Shown: one piece after another, positions 23,981 to 37,400 of the stretch
Numbering within the stretch: position 1 is the first letter of the stretch
Layout: each line of letters opens with the position of its first letter
DNA from: Anaeramoeba ignava BMAN
Taxonomy: Eukaryota; Protista; Anaeramoebae
NCBI GenBank assembly: GCA_028826165.1
Contig: JAPDFW010000020.1
Location: forward strand, 36,713 to 77,882
Direction of reading: 5' to 3'
Length of the DNA stretch: 41,170 bases
Translations under genes and position numbers: made by a program
Notes under the pieces: generated by a model
Databases searched by the model: none
What the model was told of the DNA's origin: nothing
The model's input: only the letters and a program-made list of their open reading frames with translations

Positions 23981-26900
23981 TAATTATATCTTTTTTTTAG
24001 ATTAATCCCAATTTTAATATTTTTAAAAAATAAAATAGAAAATCAAATCAAAATTAGAGAATTAAATGGAATTGAATCAATTATTAAAGCAATGAATAAT
24101 TTCCCAAATAATGAAAATATTCAATGGAGAGGATGTTGGGCATTATTGAATATTAGTATTGATTCAGGTAATTAATTAAATAAATTATTCCATTTTTTTT
24201 AGATTAATTCCCATTTTATTTATCATTTAAAAAATAAAAAGAAAATCAAATCAAGATTAGAGAATTAAATGGAATTGAATCAATTATTAAAGCAATGAAT
24301 AATTTTCCAAATAATGAAAATATTCAATGGAGAGGATGTTGGGCATTAAAGAATATTAGTACTAACTCAGGTAATCAAATAATTGATTAAAATAAATTAT
24401 ATCTTTGTTTAGATTAATCCCAATTTTATGTATTATAAAAAAGAAAATGAAAATCGAATCAAGATTAGAGAATTAAATGGAATTGAACCAATTATTAAAG
24501 CAATGAATAATTTCCCAAAAAATGAAAATATTCAATTAAGAGGAAGTTTTGCATTAATGAGTATTGGTGTTGATTCAGGTAATCAATTAAATAAATTATT
24601 CCATTTTTTTTAGATTAATTCCAATTTTATGTATTATTTAAAAAATAAAAAAGAAAATCGAATAAAAATAAGAGAATTAAATGGAATTGAACCAATTATT
24701 AAAGCAATGAATAATTTCCCAAAAAATGGGAATATTCAATGGGCTGGATGTTGGGCATTAATGAATATTAGTGCTAATACAGGTAATTAATTAATGGAAA
24801 CAAATATCTTTTTTTTTAAGATTAATTCTTTATGTCTTATGAAAAAAAAAAGAAAACAAAATCGAAATTAGGGAATTAAATGGAATTGAACCAATTATTA
24901 AAGCAATGAATAATTTCCCAAAAAATGAAAATATTCAATGGAGAGGATGTTGGGCATTATTGAACATTAGTGTTGATTCAGGTAATTAATTAAATAAATT
25001 ATTCCATTTTTTTTTAGATTAATTCCAATTTTAATATTTTTAAAAAATAAAACAGAAAATCAAATCAAAATAAGAGAATTAAATGGAATTAAATCAATTA
25101 TTAAATCAATGAATAATTTCCCAAATAATGAAGATATTCAATTAAGAGGATGTTTGGCATTAATGAATATTAGTGTTAATTCAGGTAATTAATTAAATAA
25201 AAAAAAAATTATTTTGGAAAGATTATTAATTATTTTATAAATAAATAAAAAGAAAATCAAATCAAAATTAGAGAATTAAATGGAATTGAATCAATTATAA
25301 AAGCAATGAATAATTTTCCAAATAATGAAGATATTCAATGGAGAGGTTGTTGGGCATTAATGAATATTAGTTCTAATAAAGGTGATTAATTAATTGAAAC
25401 AAATTATATCTTTTTTTTTAGATTAATTCCAATTTTATGTATTATTTAAAAAATAAAACAGAAAATGAAATCAAAATTAGAGAATTAAGTGGAATTGAAT
25501 CAATTATTAAATCATTGAATAATTTCCCAAATAATGAAGATATTCAATTAAGAGGATCTTTGGCATTAATGAATATTAGTGTTAATTCAGGTAATTAATT
25601 AAACTGAATTATTAATTTTTGAAAAGAATATTAATTATTTGAAAAAATAAATAAAAAGGAAATCGAATAAAAATTAGAGAATTAAATGGAATTGAATCAA
25701 TTATTAAAGCAATGAATAATTTTCAAAATAATGAAGATATTCAATTAGCAGGATTTGATGCTTTGAATAACATTAGTATGAATCAAGATAATTAATTAAA
25801 ATAAATGATATTTTTTTTTTGGGATTAATTTCAATTTTATTATAATTTGGAAATAAAATAGAAAATGGAATCAAAACTAATGAATTAAATGGAATTGAAT
25901 CAATTATTAAAGCAATGAATAATTTCTCAAATAATGAAAATATTCAATTAGCAGGATTAAATGCTTTGGACAATATTATTATTTATGCAGGTAATTAATT
26001 AAACAAATGATATCTTTTTTTTTGAGATTAATCCATATTTTATGTCTTATGAAAAAATAAAATAGAAAATCGAATTAGTGAATTAAATGGAATTGAACCA
26101 ATTATTAAAGCAATGAATAATTTCCCAAATAATGAAGATATTCAATTAAAAGGATTAAATATTTTGGACAATATTATTATTTATGCAGGTAACTAACTAA
26201 ACAAATGATATCTTTTTTTTTGAGATTAATCCATATTTTATAATTATGAAAAAATAAAAAGCAAATAGAAACAAAATTAGTGAATTAAATGGATTTAAAC
26301 CAATTATTAAAGCAATGAATAATTTCCCAAATAATGAAAATATTCAATTAAAAGGATTAAATATTTTGGATAGAATGAGTAATAATCAAGGTAATTAACT
26401 AAACTGAATTATTGATTTTGAAAAGAAAACTAATTATTTGAAAAAATAAAACAGAAAACCAAATCAAAATTAGTGAATTAAATGGAATTGAACCAATTAT
26501 CAAAAGCAATGAATAATTTTCCAAAAATAATGAAGATATTCAACAGGTTGGATGTTGGATATTAACGAATATTAGTTATAATTCAGGTAATTAACTAAAC
26601 TGAATTATTGATTTTGAAAAGAAAACTAATTATTATAAAAAATAAAATAGAAAATGAAATCAAAATTAGTGAATTAAATGGAATTGAATCAATTATCAAA
26701 GCAATGAATAATTTTCCAAAAAATGAAGATATTCAATTAAGAGGATGTTGGACATTATTGAATATTGGTGTTAATAAAGGTAAATAATTAAAATTATATC
26801 CTTATTTTGAGATTATGAAAAAATAAATAAAACAGAGAATCGAATCAAAATTAGAGAATTAAATGGAATTGAACCAATTATTAATGCAATGAATAATTTC

Positions 26901-27956
26901 CCAAATAATAGAGATATTCAATTAAAAGGATGTTGGGCATTAATGAATATTAGTGTTAATAAAGGTAAATAATTAAATAAAAAGATCGAAAAAGATATTC
27001 ATTTTAGAAATAAATAAAACAGAAAATCAAATTAAAATAAGAGAATTAAATGGAATTGAACCGATTATTAAAGCAATGAATAATTTCCCAAAAAATGAAG
27101 ATATTCAATGGAAAGGATGTTGGGCATTATCGAATGTTAGTGTTGATTCAGGTAATTAATTGAAACAAATTATATCTTTTTTTTTAGATTAATTCCAATT
27201 TTATGTATTATTATAAAAAAATAAAACAGAAAATCAAATCAAAATAAGAGAATTAAATGGAATTGAATCAATTATTAAAGCAATGAATAATTTTCAAAAA
27301 AATGAAAATATTCAATTAAAAGGATGTTGGGCATTAGCGAATATTAGTGTTAATAAGGGTAATTAATTAAATAAAAACAGAAAAAATTATATCTATTTAG
27401 TGAAAAATATTAATTATTTTAAAAAAGCAAATAAAATCATAATCAGTGAATTAAATGGAATTGAACCAATTATCAAAGCAATGAATAATTTCCCAACTAA
27501 TGAATATATTCAATGGAAAGGATGTTTGGCATTATCGAATGTTAGTGTTGATTCAGGTAATTAATTGAAACAAATTATATCTTTTTTTTAGATTAATTCC
27601 AATTTTATGTATTATTATAAAAAATAATAAAAAGAAAATCAAATCAAAATAAGAGAATTAAATGGAATTGAATCAATTATTAAAGCAATGAATAATTTCT
27701 CAAATAATGAAAATATTCAATTAGAAGGATTATATGCATTATCAAATATTTCTTTAGATAATAAAGGTAATTAATTAATTAATCAAAAATAAAGAAAATG
27801 AATTATAAAAAATTTTTATTTTTTCCAATAGAAAATATAAAAGAAATCCAAAGATTAAATGGAATTAATTTGATTATTCAAACATTGAAAAATTTCCCAA
27901 ATCAAGAAAAAATACAAGAAATAGGAAACAAAATACTTCAACATTTATTTGATTGA
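23007..27956 (+). CDS. ARM-repeat exon-array gene A: 3 N-terminal exons, 20 single-repeat exons and a C-cap exon
   Basis: ATG 23007 MEKKIQNTLQKLIKKPKKQ; phase-1 exons, mostly 129 nt, encoding ENQIKIRELNGIESIIKAMNNFPNNENIQWRGCWALMNISVNS-type repeats; ends GNKILQHLFD* (TGA 27954-56); repeat exon 10 has an AT donor and exon 14 an in-frame stop. Confidence 0.85.
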
Positions 27957-28042
27957 ATTTTATTCATTTTTCTTTTATTTTCATTTTTTCAAATTTTTAC
28001 AAATTCGAATAAAATGAATTCAAATAAAAAACAAAAACAAAA

Positions 28043-28757
28043 ATATTGTTTGTTCTTCTGATACAGTTTACTTATTAAGTTCAAATCAAAATTGTTATGG
28101 TTTTGGATCTAATTTTCATTGTCAACTTGGATTAGATTTTGAAACACTTAAAATATCTGAAAAACCTGTTTTAATGATGAAAAATGTTTCTAAAGTCTTT
28201 TCAGGAATTTCTTCTAATTCTGTTTTTATTTTAAATTCAAATCAAAAATTATTTGGATGTGGAAAAAATAACAATAGTCAACTTGGATTAGGTCCAAACA
28301 AAAGAAAAGATATTCATGAATTAACTCAAGTTCAAAGTATTCCAAAAGGCAAAATAATCGATATTCAAATGAGTAAAGGTCATTCAATAATGTTGATTGA
28401 AGATGAAAATGAAAAAAGAAAAATTTATTCATGTGGAAATTATGAATTAAATGGATTTGGTAGAAGTATCAATAAATTTACTGAACTCAAATCATCTTTT
28501 TTTGAACATGGTGATGTTATTGATTTTTCTGTTGGAGAAAATCATACTTTGATTTTAATATCAAATCGTACAATTATTGGATTTGGAAATAATGAATGGC
28601 GTCAATTAGGAACGAAAAAAAAATACTTTTATCAAACAAAACCAATTCGAATTAAACTTCATAAATTAACATTCAATATTTCTGATTATCATCTTTCTTG
28701 TGGTTTTCAAAATTCATTTATTTATTACATTTCTTCTCCTTTTTCTAATCTTGAAAC
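28043..28757 (+). pseudogene. Internal fragment of the RCC1-BTB gene (RCC1 blades only); duplicate of ~39399-40110
   Basis: Near-identical to the downstream gene; lacks its first ~130 codons and the BTB domains. Confidence 0.85.
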
Positions 28758-28857
28758 ATTTTTGATCTCTTCTTTCCTTTTTTAGGAAATAAACTAAGAA
28801 AATTATTATTATTTTTTATTTTCATTTTTCATTTTTTTTTTAAAATAAAATTTACAA

Positions 28858-31800
28858 ATGCAAAAAAAAATCCAAAATTCTTTACAAAGCTTTATCACCA
28901 GTTCAACACAAAGTAATAAATCTATTTTCCAAAAAAAAAATTGTAAAAAAAAAATTAAAAACAAAAATTAGTTGTTACGATAGAAGAAGTTATAAATTGG
29001 ATGAAACAATTTCCAGAAAATGAAAAATTACAAGAAAATTTTTGTATTGCTTTAAAAAAACTTGAAGAAGGTAATCAAATAAAAAAAGGAAAATTGATAA
29101 AAAATTAAATTAAAAACAAATATTAATAAATTTAAATAGGGAATGGAGTTGAACTCTCGAAAGCAAAAGGAATTAAAATTGCAAAATTAAATGGAATTGA
29201 ACCAATTATTAAAGCAATGAATAATTTCTCAAATAATGAAAGTATCCAAGAAGACTCAATCTCAATTCTAAAAGATGTTGTTATTGATTCCCGTAAAAAA
29301 ATTTACATTTAATATTTTAATTCCAATTTTAATAATAATAATATTATTAATTAATTAAAAAATTTGGAAAAATAAAGAAAATCAAATCAAAATAAGAGAA
29401 TTAAATGGAATTGAACCAATTATTAAAGCAATGAATAATTTCCCAACTAACGAAGATATTCAATGGAGAGGATGTTGGGCATTAATGAATATTGGTATTA
29501 ATTCAGGTAATTAAATAAATCAAATTACATCTTTTTTTTAATATTAAAAAATCATTATTATTCTTTGTGAATTCAATAGAAAATGAAATCAAAATAAGAG
29601 AATTAAATGGAATTGAACCAATTATTAAAGCAATGAATAATTTCCAAACTAACGAAGATATTCAATGGAAAGGATGTTGGGCATTAATGAATATAAGTGT
29701 TAATAAAGGTAATTAATCAATTAATTAAATAAAAACATAAAAAATTTTATTTATTTAAGGAAATAAAATCAAAAAAAGAAAATAAAATCAAAATAAGTGA
29801 ATTGCATGGAATTGAAACAATTATCAAATCAATGAATAATTTCCCAAAAAATGAAAATATTCAATGGAGAGGATGTTGGACATTATGGCATATTTCTTTT
29901 AATGAAAGTAAAAATCAAAATCAAAATCAAAATCAAAATCAAAATCATTTGATTGATTTAAATACAATTTAATTTAAAAATATCGGTTTTTTGAAATAAA
30001 TAATAAATAAAAAAAGAAAATAAAATCAAAATTAGAGAATTAAATGGAATTGAACCAATTATCAAAGCAATGAATAATTTCCCAAATAATGAAAATATTC
30101 AATTAAGAGGATGTTTAGCTTTGAATAATATTAGTATTAATTCAGGTAAATAATTAAAACAAATTATATCTTTTTTTTAATATTTGTTATTAATTCTAAT
30201 TTATTATTATTATTATTATCATTATTATTATTTGGAAATAAAACAGAAAATAAAATCAAAATTAGAGAATTAAATGGAATTGAACCAATTATTAAAGCAA
30301 TGAATAATTTCCCAAAAAATGAAAATATTCAATTAAAAGGATGTTTTGCATTAATGAATATTAGTGTTAATTCAGGTAATTAATTAAAATTATATCTTTT
30401 TTTAATATTAAAAAATCATTATTATTCTTTGTGAATTCAATAGAAAATGAAATCAAAATTAGAGAATTAAATGGAATTGAATCAATTATAAAAGCAATGA
30501 ATAATTTCCCAAATAATAAAGATATTCAATGGAGAGGATGTTGGGCATTAATGAATATAAGTGTTAATAAAGGTAATTAATCAATTAATTAAATAAAAAC
30601 ATAAAAAATTATATTTATTTAAGGAAATAAAAAATCAAAAAAAGAAAATAAAATCAAAATAAGTGAATTGCATGGAATTGAAACAATTATCAAATCAATG
30701 AATAATTTCCCAAAAAATGAAGATATTCAATGGAAAGGATGTTGGGCATTATGGCATATTTCTTTTAATGAAAGTAAAATCAAAATCAAAATCATTTGAT
30801 TGATTTAAATACAATTTAATTTAAAAATATCAATTTTTTTGGAAATAATAAATAAAAACAGAAAATAAAATCAAAATAAGAGAATTAAATGGAATTGAAT
30901 CAATTATCAAAGCAATGAATAATTTCCCAAATAATGAAAATATTCAATTAAGAGGATGTTTAGCTTTGAATAATATTAGTATTAATTCAGGTAAATAATT
31001 AAAACAAATTATATCTTTTTTTTTAATATTATTACTTTGAATTTGAATTTGAATTTTAATTTTATATGATTATTTGGAAATAAAAAAGAAAATAAAATCA
31101 AAATAAGAGAATTAAATGGAATTGAATCAATTATTAAAGCAATGAATAATTTCCCAAAAAATGAAGATATTCAATGGAAAGGATGTTGGGCATTAATGAA
31201 TATTAGTGTTAATTCAGGTAATTAATTAAAATTATATCTTTTTTTTAATATTAAAAAATCATTATTATTCTTTGTGAATTCAATAGAAAATGAAATCAAA
31301 ATTAGAGAATTAAATGGAATTGAACCAATTATCAATGCAATGAATAATTTCCAAACTAATGAAGATATTCAATTAAGAGGATGTTGGGCATTAATGAATA
31401 TAAGTGTTAATAAAGGTAATTAATCAATTAATTAAATAAAAACATAAAAAATTATATTTATTTAAGGAAATAAAAAATCAAAAAAAGAAAATAAAATCAA
31501 AATAAGTGAATTGCATGGAATTGAAACAATTATCAAATCAATGAATAATTTCCCAAAAAATGAAAATATTCAATGGAGAGGATGCTGGACATTATGGCAT
31601 ATTTCTTTTAATGAAAGTAAAAATCAAAATCAAAATCAAAATCATTTGATTGATTTAAATACAATTTAATTTAAAAATATCGGTTTTTTGGTAAATAAAT
31701 AATAAATAAAAACAGAAAATAAAATCAAAATAAGTGAATTAAATGGAATTGAACCAATTATCAAAGCAATGAATAATTTCCCAAAAAATAAAGATATTCA

Positions 31801-32907
31801 ATTAAGAGGATGTTTAGCTTTGAATAATATTAGTATTAATTCAGGTAAATAATTAAAACAAATTATATCTTTTTTTTTAATAATATTACTTTGAATTTGA
31901 ATTTTAATTTTAATTTTATATGATTATTTGGAAATAAAAAAGAAAATAAAATCAAAATTAGAGAATTAAATGGAATTGAACCAATTATCAATGCAATGAA
32001 TAATTTTCCAAAAAATGAAAATATTCAATGGAAAGGATGTTGGGCATTAATGAATATTAGTGTTAATAAAGGTAATTAATTAAAATTATTTCTAATTTAA
32101 TATTAAAAAATCATTATTATTCTTTGTTAATTCAATAGAAAATGAAATCAAAATTAGAGAATTAAATGGAATTGAACCAATTATTAAAGCAATGAATAAT
32201 TTCCCAAATAATGAAGATATTCAATGGAGAGGATGCTGGGCATTGGTGAATATTAGTGTTAATAAAGGTAATTAATCAATTAATTAAATAAAAACATAAA
32301 AAATTTTATTTATTTAAGGAAATAAAAAATCAAAAAAAGAAAATAAAATCAAAATAAGAGAATTAAATGGAATTGAAACAATTATCAAATCAATGAATAA
32401 TTTCCCAAAAAATGAAGATATTCAATGGAGAGGATGTTGGACATTATGGCATATTTCTTTTAATGAAAGTAAAAATCAAAATCAAAATCAAAATCAAAAT
32501 CAAAATCAAAATCATTTGATTGATTTAAATACAATTTAATTTAAAAATATCGGTTTTTTGGTAAATAAAAAATAAATAAAAACAGAAAATAAAATCAAAA
32601 TAAGAGAATTAAATGGAATTGAATCAATTATCAAAGCAATGAATAATTTCGAAAAAAATGAAAATATTCAATTAAGAGGATTATATGCATTATCAAATAT
32701 TTCTTTAGATAATAAAGGTAATTAATTAATTAATCAAAAATAAAGAAAATGAATTATAAAAAATTTTTATTTTTTCCAATAGAAAATATAAAAGAAATCC
32801 AAAGATTAAATGGAATTAATTTGATTATTCAAACATTGAAAAATTTCCCAAATCAAGAAAAAATACAAGAAATAGGAAACAAAATACTTCAACATTTATT
32901 TGATTGA
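28858..32907 (+). CDS. ARM-repeat exon-array gene B: 3 N-terminal exons, 16 single-repeat exons (period-4 higher-order repeat) and a C-cap exon
   Basis: ATG 28858 MQKKIQNSLQSFITSSTQ; all introns phase-1 GT-AG; no lesions noticed; TGA 32905-07. Confidence 0.88.
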
Positions 32908-33020
32908 ATTTTATTCATTTTTCATTTTTCATTTTTCATTTTTCATTTTTTCAAATTTTTACAAATTAAATAAAATGAATTCAAATAAAAAACAAAAACA
33001 AAAATGAAAGCCAATGAATG

Positions 33021-34430
33021 AAATTTTGATTTATAAAATAATTCATCTAACTTTTGTAAATCCTCCAAAAATAGAATAATTTTTCTTTTTTTCAGTAAAA
33101 TTTCCGGTTTTTGTTTTCTTTTTTAAATAAGATTTAGATTTTAAATATTAAGTAAAAAAGAATTGGGAAAAAAATTTTAATTATTTCTGTTCTTTTGATT
33201 TTCCTTCATTAAATTGTATTTTTTAAATAGTTCTTTTTTATAAAATTTAAAGTAAAATTAATTAAATTCTTCTTTCAACTTTTTACAAAAATTTAATTAA
33301 TTTTAAAAAGATAAATTATAAAAGATAAATATAAGAATAAATTTCATTTCTTTTTTTATGGAATGAATTCTTAAAATTTTTATTTGAGAAAACTTGAAAA
33401 AGAAATGAAAAAAATGAAAAATTTATTTTAAAAAAAAAATAATCTTATTTTTTTTCATTTTTTTTTTTAAATGGAGAAAAAAATTCAAAATACTTTACAA
33501 AAATTGATCAAAAACCAAAAACAAAGTAATAATTAAATTTAAAAATAATAATTTTTCAATACAAATTTTTAAACTTTTTGATTTTTGAATTTTTGAATTT
33601 TGGATTTGGTTTAAAATTTATTTAAGAGTGTATATTTTTCTCATTTAATTTTCATTCAAAAAAATTAAAATTAAAATAAAATTTCAATTTATTTAATTAA
33701 GAAAAGAAAAAAATTTAATAAGAAATCAAATTATGAAAATAAGATTATTTTTATTTTTTCAATTTCATCAAATTTTTTATTTTGATTTTACTTTATTAAA
33801 ATTTATAATAAATCATTTAAATCCAAAAATAAAAAAAATTTTAATTTATGAGAAGAAAATAATTCAACATACACTCTTAAATAAATTTTAAACCAAATTC
33901 AATTTTAACAATAGAAGAAGTTATAAATTGGATGAATCAATTTCCAGAAAATGAAAAATTACAAGAAAATTGTTGTATTGCTTTAAAAAAACTTGGAGAA
34001 GGTAATAAAATAAAAAAATTTAAAATGAATTTAATTTAAATTAAAAACAAATATTAATAAATTTCAATAGGAGTTAAAGTTGGACGTAAAAAATTCGAAG
34101 AAATCCAAATAGCAAAATTAAATGCAATTGAATCAATTATTCAAGCAATAAATAATTTTCCAAATAATGAAAAAATCCAAGAAGCAGCTATTTCAATTTT
34201 AAAAGATGTTTCTATTTATTCCCGTAAAAAAATTCCATTTAATATTCCTTATAATTTTAAAATTATTTATATTATTCTTTTTAAAAAATGAAAAAGAAAC
34301 TATTATCATAATCAGTGAATTAAATGGAATTGAATTAATTATTAAAGCAATGAATAATTTCCCAAAAAATGAAAATATTCAATTAAGTGGATCTTTGGCA
34401 TTAATGAATATTAGTGCTAATTCAGGTAAT
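33021..34430 (+). repeat. Segmental duplication copy 2 (includes part of the TLDc relic on the minus strand)
   Basis: Matches 22552-23980. Confidence 0.9.
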
Positions 34431-37400
34431 TAATTAACCAAATTATATCTCTTTTTTAGATTAATTCCTATTTTATTTATCATATAAAAAATAAAAAAGA
34501 AACTATTATCAAAATAAGTGAATTAAGCGGAATTGAATCAATTATCAAAGCAATGAATAATTTCCCAAATAATAAAGATATTCAATCAAGAGGATGTTTT
34601 GTATTAATGAATATTAGTGCTAATTCAGGTAAATAATTAAATATAAGCATAAAACAAAAATATTTATTTAGGGAAATAAAAAATAAAGCAGAAAATAAAA
34701 TCAAAATTAGAGAATTAAATGGAATTAAACCAATTATCAATGCAATGAATAATTTCTCAAATAATGAAGATATTCAATGGAGAGGATGTTGGGCATTAAT
34801 GAATATAAGTGTTAATTCAGGTAATTAATTAAATAGAAGTATAAAACAAAAATATTTATTTAGGGAAATAAAAAATAAAACAGAAAATAAAATCAAAATT
34901 AGAGAATTAAATGGAATTGAACCGATTATTAAAGCAATGAATAATTTCCCAAATAATGAAGATATTCAATGGAAAGGATGTTGGGCATTGGCGAATATTG
35001 GTGTTGATTCAGGTAATTAATTAATTGAAACAAATTATATCTTTTGTTTAGATTAATTCCAATTTTATGTATTTTTATAAAAAATAAAAAAGAAAATCAA
35101 ATCAAAATTAGAGAATTAAATGGAATTGAACCAATTATTAAAGCAATGAATAATTTCCCAAATAATAAAGATATTCAATGGAGAGGATGTTGGGCATTAA
35201 TAAGTATTAGTGTTAATTCAGGTAAATAAATAAATTGAAACATAAAAATTGTATTTATTTAAGGAAATAAAAAATCAAAAAAAGAAAATAAAATCAAAAT
35301 AAGAGAATTAAATGGAATTAAACCAATTATCAAAGCAATGAATAATTTTCCAACTAAAGAAGATATTCAATGGAAAGGATGTTGGGCATTGGCGAATATT
35401 GGTGTTAATTCAGGTAATTAATTATTAAACAAATTATATCTTTTTTTTAGATTAATTCCAATTTAATGTATTATTATAAAAAATAAAAAAGAAAATCAAA
35501 TCAAGATTAGAGAATTAAATGGAATTAAACCAATTATTAAAGCATTGAATAATTTTCCAAAAAATGAAAATATTCAATTAAGAGGATGTTTTGCATTAAT
35601 GAATATTGGTGTTAATTCAGGTAATTAATTAATTGAAACAAATTATATCTTTTGTTTAGATTAATTCCAATTTAATGTATTATTATAAAAAATAAAACAG
35701 AAAATCAAATCAAAATTAGAGAATTAAATGGAATTGAATCAATTATCAAAGCAATGAATAATTTTCCAAAAAATGAAGATATTCAATGGAAAGGATGTTG
35801 GGCATTAGAGAATATTGGTGTTGATTCAGGTAATTAATTAATTGAAACAAATTATATCTTTTGTTTAGATTAATTCCAATTTAATGTATTTTTATAAAAA
35901 ATAAAAAAGAAAATGAAATCAAAATTAGAGAATTAAATGGAATTAAACCAATTATCAATGCAATGAATAATTTTCCAAATAATAAAGATATTCAATGGAA
36001 AGGATGTTGGGCATTAATAAGTATTAGTGTTAATTCAGGTAAATAAATAAATTGAAACATAAAAAATTGTATTTATTTAAGGAAATAAAAAATGAAAAAG
36101 AAAATAAAGTCAAAATTAGAGAATTAAATGGAATTGAACCAATTATCAAAGCAATGAATAATTTTCCAACTAACGAAGATATTCAATGGAAAGGATGTTG
36201 GGCATTGGAGAATATTGGTGTTAATTCAGGTAATTAATTATTAAACAAATTATATCTTTTTTTTAGATTAATTCCAATTTAATGTATTGTAAAAAATAAA
36301 AAAGAAAATAAAATCAAAATTAGAGAATTAAATGGAATTGAGTCAATTATTAAAGCAATGAATAATTTTCCAAAAAGTGAAAATATTCAATTAAGAGGAT
36401 GTTTTGCATTAATGAATATTGGTGTTAATTCAGGTAATTAATTAATTGAAACAAATTATATCTTTTGTTTAGATTAATTCCAATTTTATGTATTATTATA
36501 AAAAATAAAACAGAAAATCAAATCAAAATTAGAGAATTAAATGGAATTGAATCAATTATCAAAGCAATGAATAATTTCTCAAGTAATGAATATATTCAAT
36601 TAAAAGGATGTTGGGCATTAATGAATATTAGTGTTGATTCAGGTAATTAATTATTAAACAAAAACATAAAACAAAAATATTTATTTAGGGAAATAAAAAA
36701 TAAACAAAAAAGAAAATAAGATCAAAATTAGAGAATTAAATGGAATTGAATCAATTATCAAAGCAATGAATAATTTCCCAAAAAATGAAGATATTCAATT
36801 AAGAGGATGCTTGGCTTTGGGTAATATTGGTGTTAATTCAGGTAATTAATTAATTAATTGAAACAAATTATATCTTTTGTTTAGATTAATTCCAATTTAA
36901 TGTATTATTATAAAAAAATAAAACAGAAAATCAAATCAAAATTAGAGAATTAAAAGGAATTGAATCAATTATCAATGCAATGAATAATTTCTCAAAAAGT
37001 GAAGATATTCAATTACAAGGATGCTTTGCATTAATGAATATTGGTGTTAATTCAGGTAATTAATTAATTGAAACAAATTATATCTTTTTTTTAGATTAAT
37101 TCCAATTTAATGTATTATTATTATTATGATTATTTGGAAATAAAAAAGAAAATGAAATCAAGATTAGAGAATTAAATGGAATTGAATCAATTATCAAAGC
37201 AATGAATAATTTCCCAAATAATGAAGATATTCAATTAAAAGGATGTTGGACATTAATGAATATAAGTGTTAATTCAGGTAATTAATTAATTAATTGAAAC
37301 AAATTATATCTTTTTTTTTAGATTAATTCCAATTTTATGTATTATTATAAAAAATAAAAAAGAAAATCAAATCAAAATTAGAGAATTAAATGGAATTGAA

